NCBI GenBank assembly: GCA_038087875.1
Contig: CM075993.1
Coordinates: forward strand, 4,404,001-4,468,000
DNA from: Malacoraja senta
Taxonomy: Eukaryota
Direction: 5' to 3'
DNA length: 64,000 nt
In this document: positions 62,727-64,000 of the stretch, one piece after another
Layout: every line of letters starts with the position of its first letter
Numbering within the stretch: position 1 is the stretch's first letter
Made by a program: the position numbers and the translations under genes
Notes under the pieces: generated by a model
Told to the model about the DNA's origin: nothing
The model's input: only the letters and a program-made list of their open reading frames with translations
Database searches by the model: none

Positions 62727-63533
62727 ACGGAACAAGCTGCTGGAGGAGGTAGTTGAAGCAGGTACGATAACAACATTCCAAAGACATTGGACAGGTAGAA
62801 GAAGAGGAAACATTTTTAGGGATATGGGCCAATTGCAGGTAAATGGGACTAGTCTAGATGGGGCATCTTGGTCAGCATGGACCTGTTGGGACGAAGGGAC
62901 CATTTCGGTGCCATCCGACTTTATAACCCAGAACAGAACTGTCAGGAAATGAAGGACACTATAGATCCTAAAGATCATGATTAAAAATAAAAGAAACATT
63001 GGTCTATTCAATAAGTCTATCGCTGTCAGGAAGGAACAATACTGCACCCTTTTAAATGAAGCCTAATTTAATGGACTGAGACACAAAGACCGCTTGAATT
63101 ATGAACTAATTCTCAAGCGACAACACGGACCCCACAAAATGTGGACAAAAATAGTGATGTGCATTTAAAGATGGGGAGGGGGTTGGGGGGAGGGGGAGGG
63201 GGGGGGAAGGGCGCTTGGTGGAGGGATGGGGGCCAAATACATGGACTATTGCCAATTGCCAGCAGGACACCCCTGTACTGATCTGCTGCATTGTCCCACA
63301 TTGCCTGGGGACCAGGTGATTTCAGACGCCAACTCTACAAGAGATTTAAGGCTTTAACTCTGGGGAACTGAGATGATCTGATGTTTGCACCCTGCATGTG
63401 AACTATATGCAGTACATACAACCTTGCGTTCGTAACTTTGAAATGCTTCATTTATAACGTCTGAATTCTGTTTAAAAAAAGATTTATATCGCAACGAGAA
63501 ACTGTGGAGAACATTATTGAATCTGTTTTAACT

Positions 63534-63539
63534 AATAAA
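63534..63539 (+). promoter_or_regulatory. Candidate polyadenylation signal of TMEM266
   Basis: AATAAA in non-repetitive sequence followed ~45 nt later by T/GT-rich sequence. Other AATAAA/ATTAAA sites occur at ~61012, ~61067 and ~62986, so the 3' end is unresolved. Confidence 0.35.
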
Positions 63540-64000
63540 ACAAAATCGCAAGCATTTTGACTGATTTAAGCAATCTTGTCAGTTCTTTATTTGTTCCTCT
63601 CATTCTGTCCCAACTTGCGTTCTTGTTGATGTTCTGGTGTTTTTTCCATGCAGCCAAGAGCTGGCTAATGGGATTCAACAATGAGAACATCACAGCCCAA
63701 GCTAATCCATCTCTCTACCAATCTACCTATCGTTCACTCCACCTCTGCAATCAACCAGAAGAAGGGTCCCGACTCAAAACATCGCCCATCTTCTTGATTA
63801 GTAATGGTGTGATGGGCCGAATGGCCTACTTGTGCTCCTATGGCTTATGAACTTTTTCCCCCCAATGTGAAGAATTAAAAGAACACGTTGATCTTGACTG
63901 GATTCATTCCATGGAAAAGCAAGAGGGGGAACATTCAAAGTCCAGCTCTCCAATGAGAAATGGTGAAAGTCCTGGAGAGAGGATGTTTCCACTAGTGGGA

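Overview
Vertebrate genomic DNA. The repeat content (HE1/V-SINE-type tRNA SINEs, CR1/HER1-type LINEs, a Deu-domain SINE) points to a cartilaginous fish, most likely a skate or ray; that is inferred from repeats only. The one host gene is TMEM266 (HVRP1/C15orf27, an Hv1-related voltage-sensor protein) on the + strand. I traced nine coding exons from 15862 to the stop at 59582 with GT-AG boundaries, about 525 aa, but did not securely find the ATG exon. One junction (49638 to 55733/55735) only stays in frame through an unusual acceptor or an alternative donor. The introns are dense with CR1, Rex1/Babar, Vingi-like, RTE and Penelope fragments, SINEs, several MITE families, minisatellites, a tRNA-Leu(CAG) pseudogene and two 200-N gaps. 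The strongest leads are RNA-structural. (1) A complete, TSD-flanked, internally deleted RTE element (10819-11450, minus strand) has a 5' end that folds by hand into an HDV-ribozyme-like nested double pseudoknot with atypical features. (2) Many Penelope-derived repeats carry minimal hammerhead cores, often as ~200-nt fold-back units. All family assignments and comparisons with human TMEM266, HDV/CPEB3 and TE consensus sequences are from memory; no searches were run.
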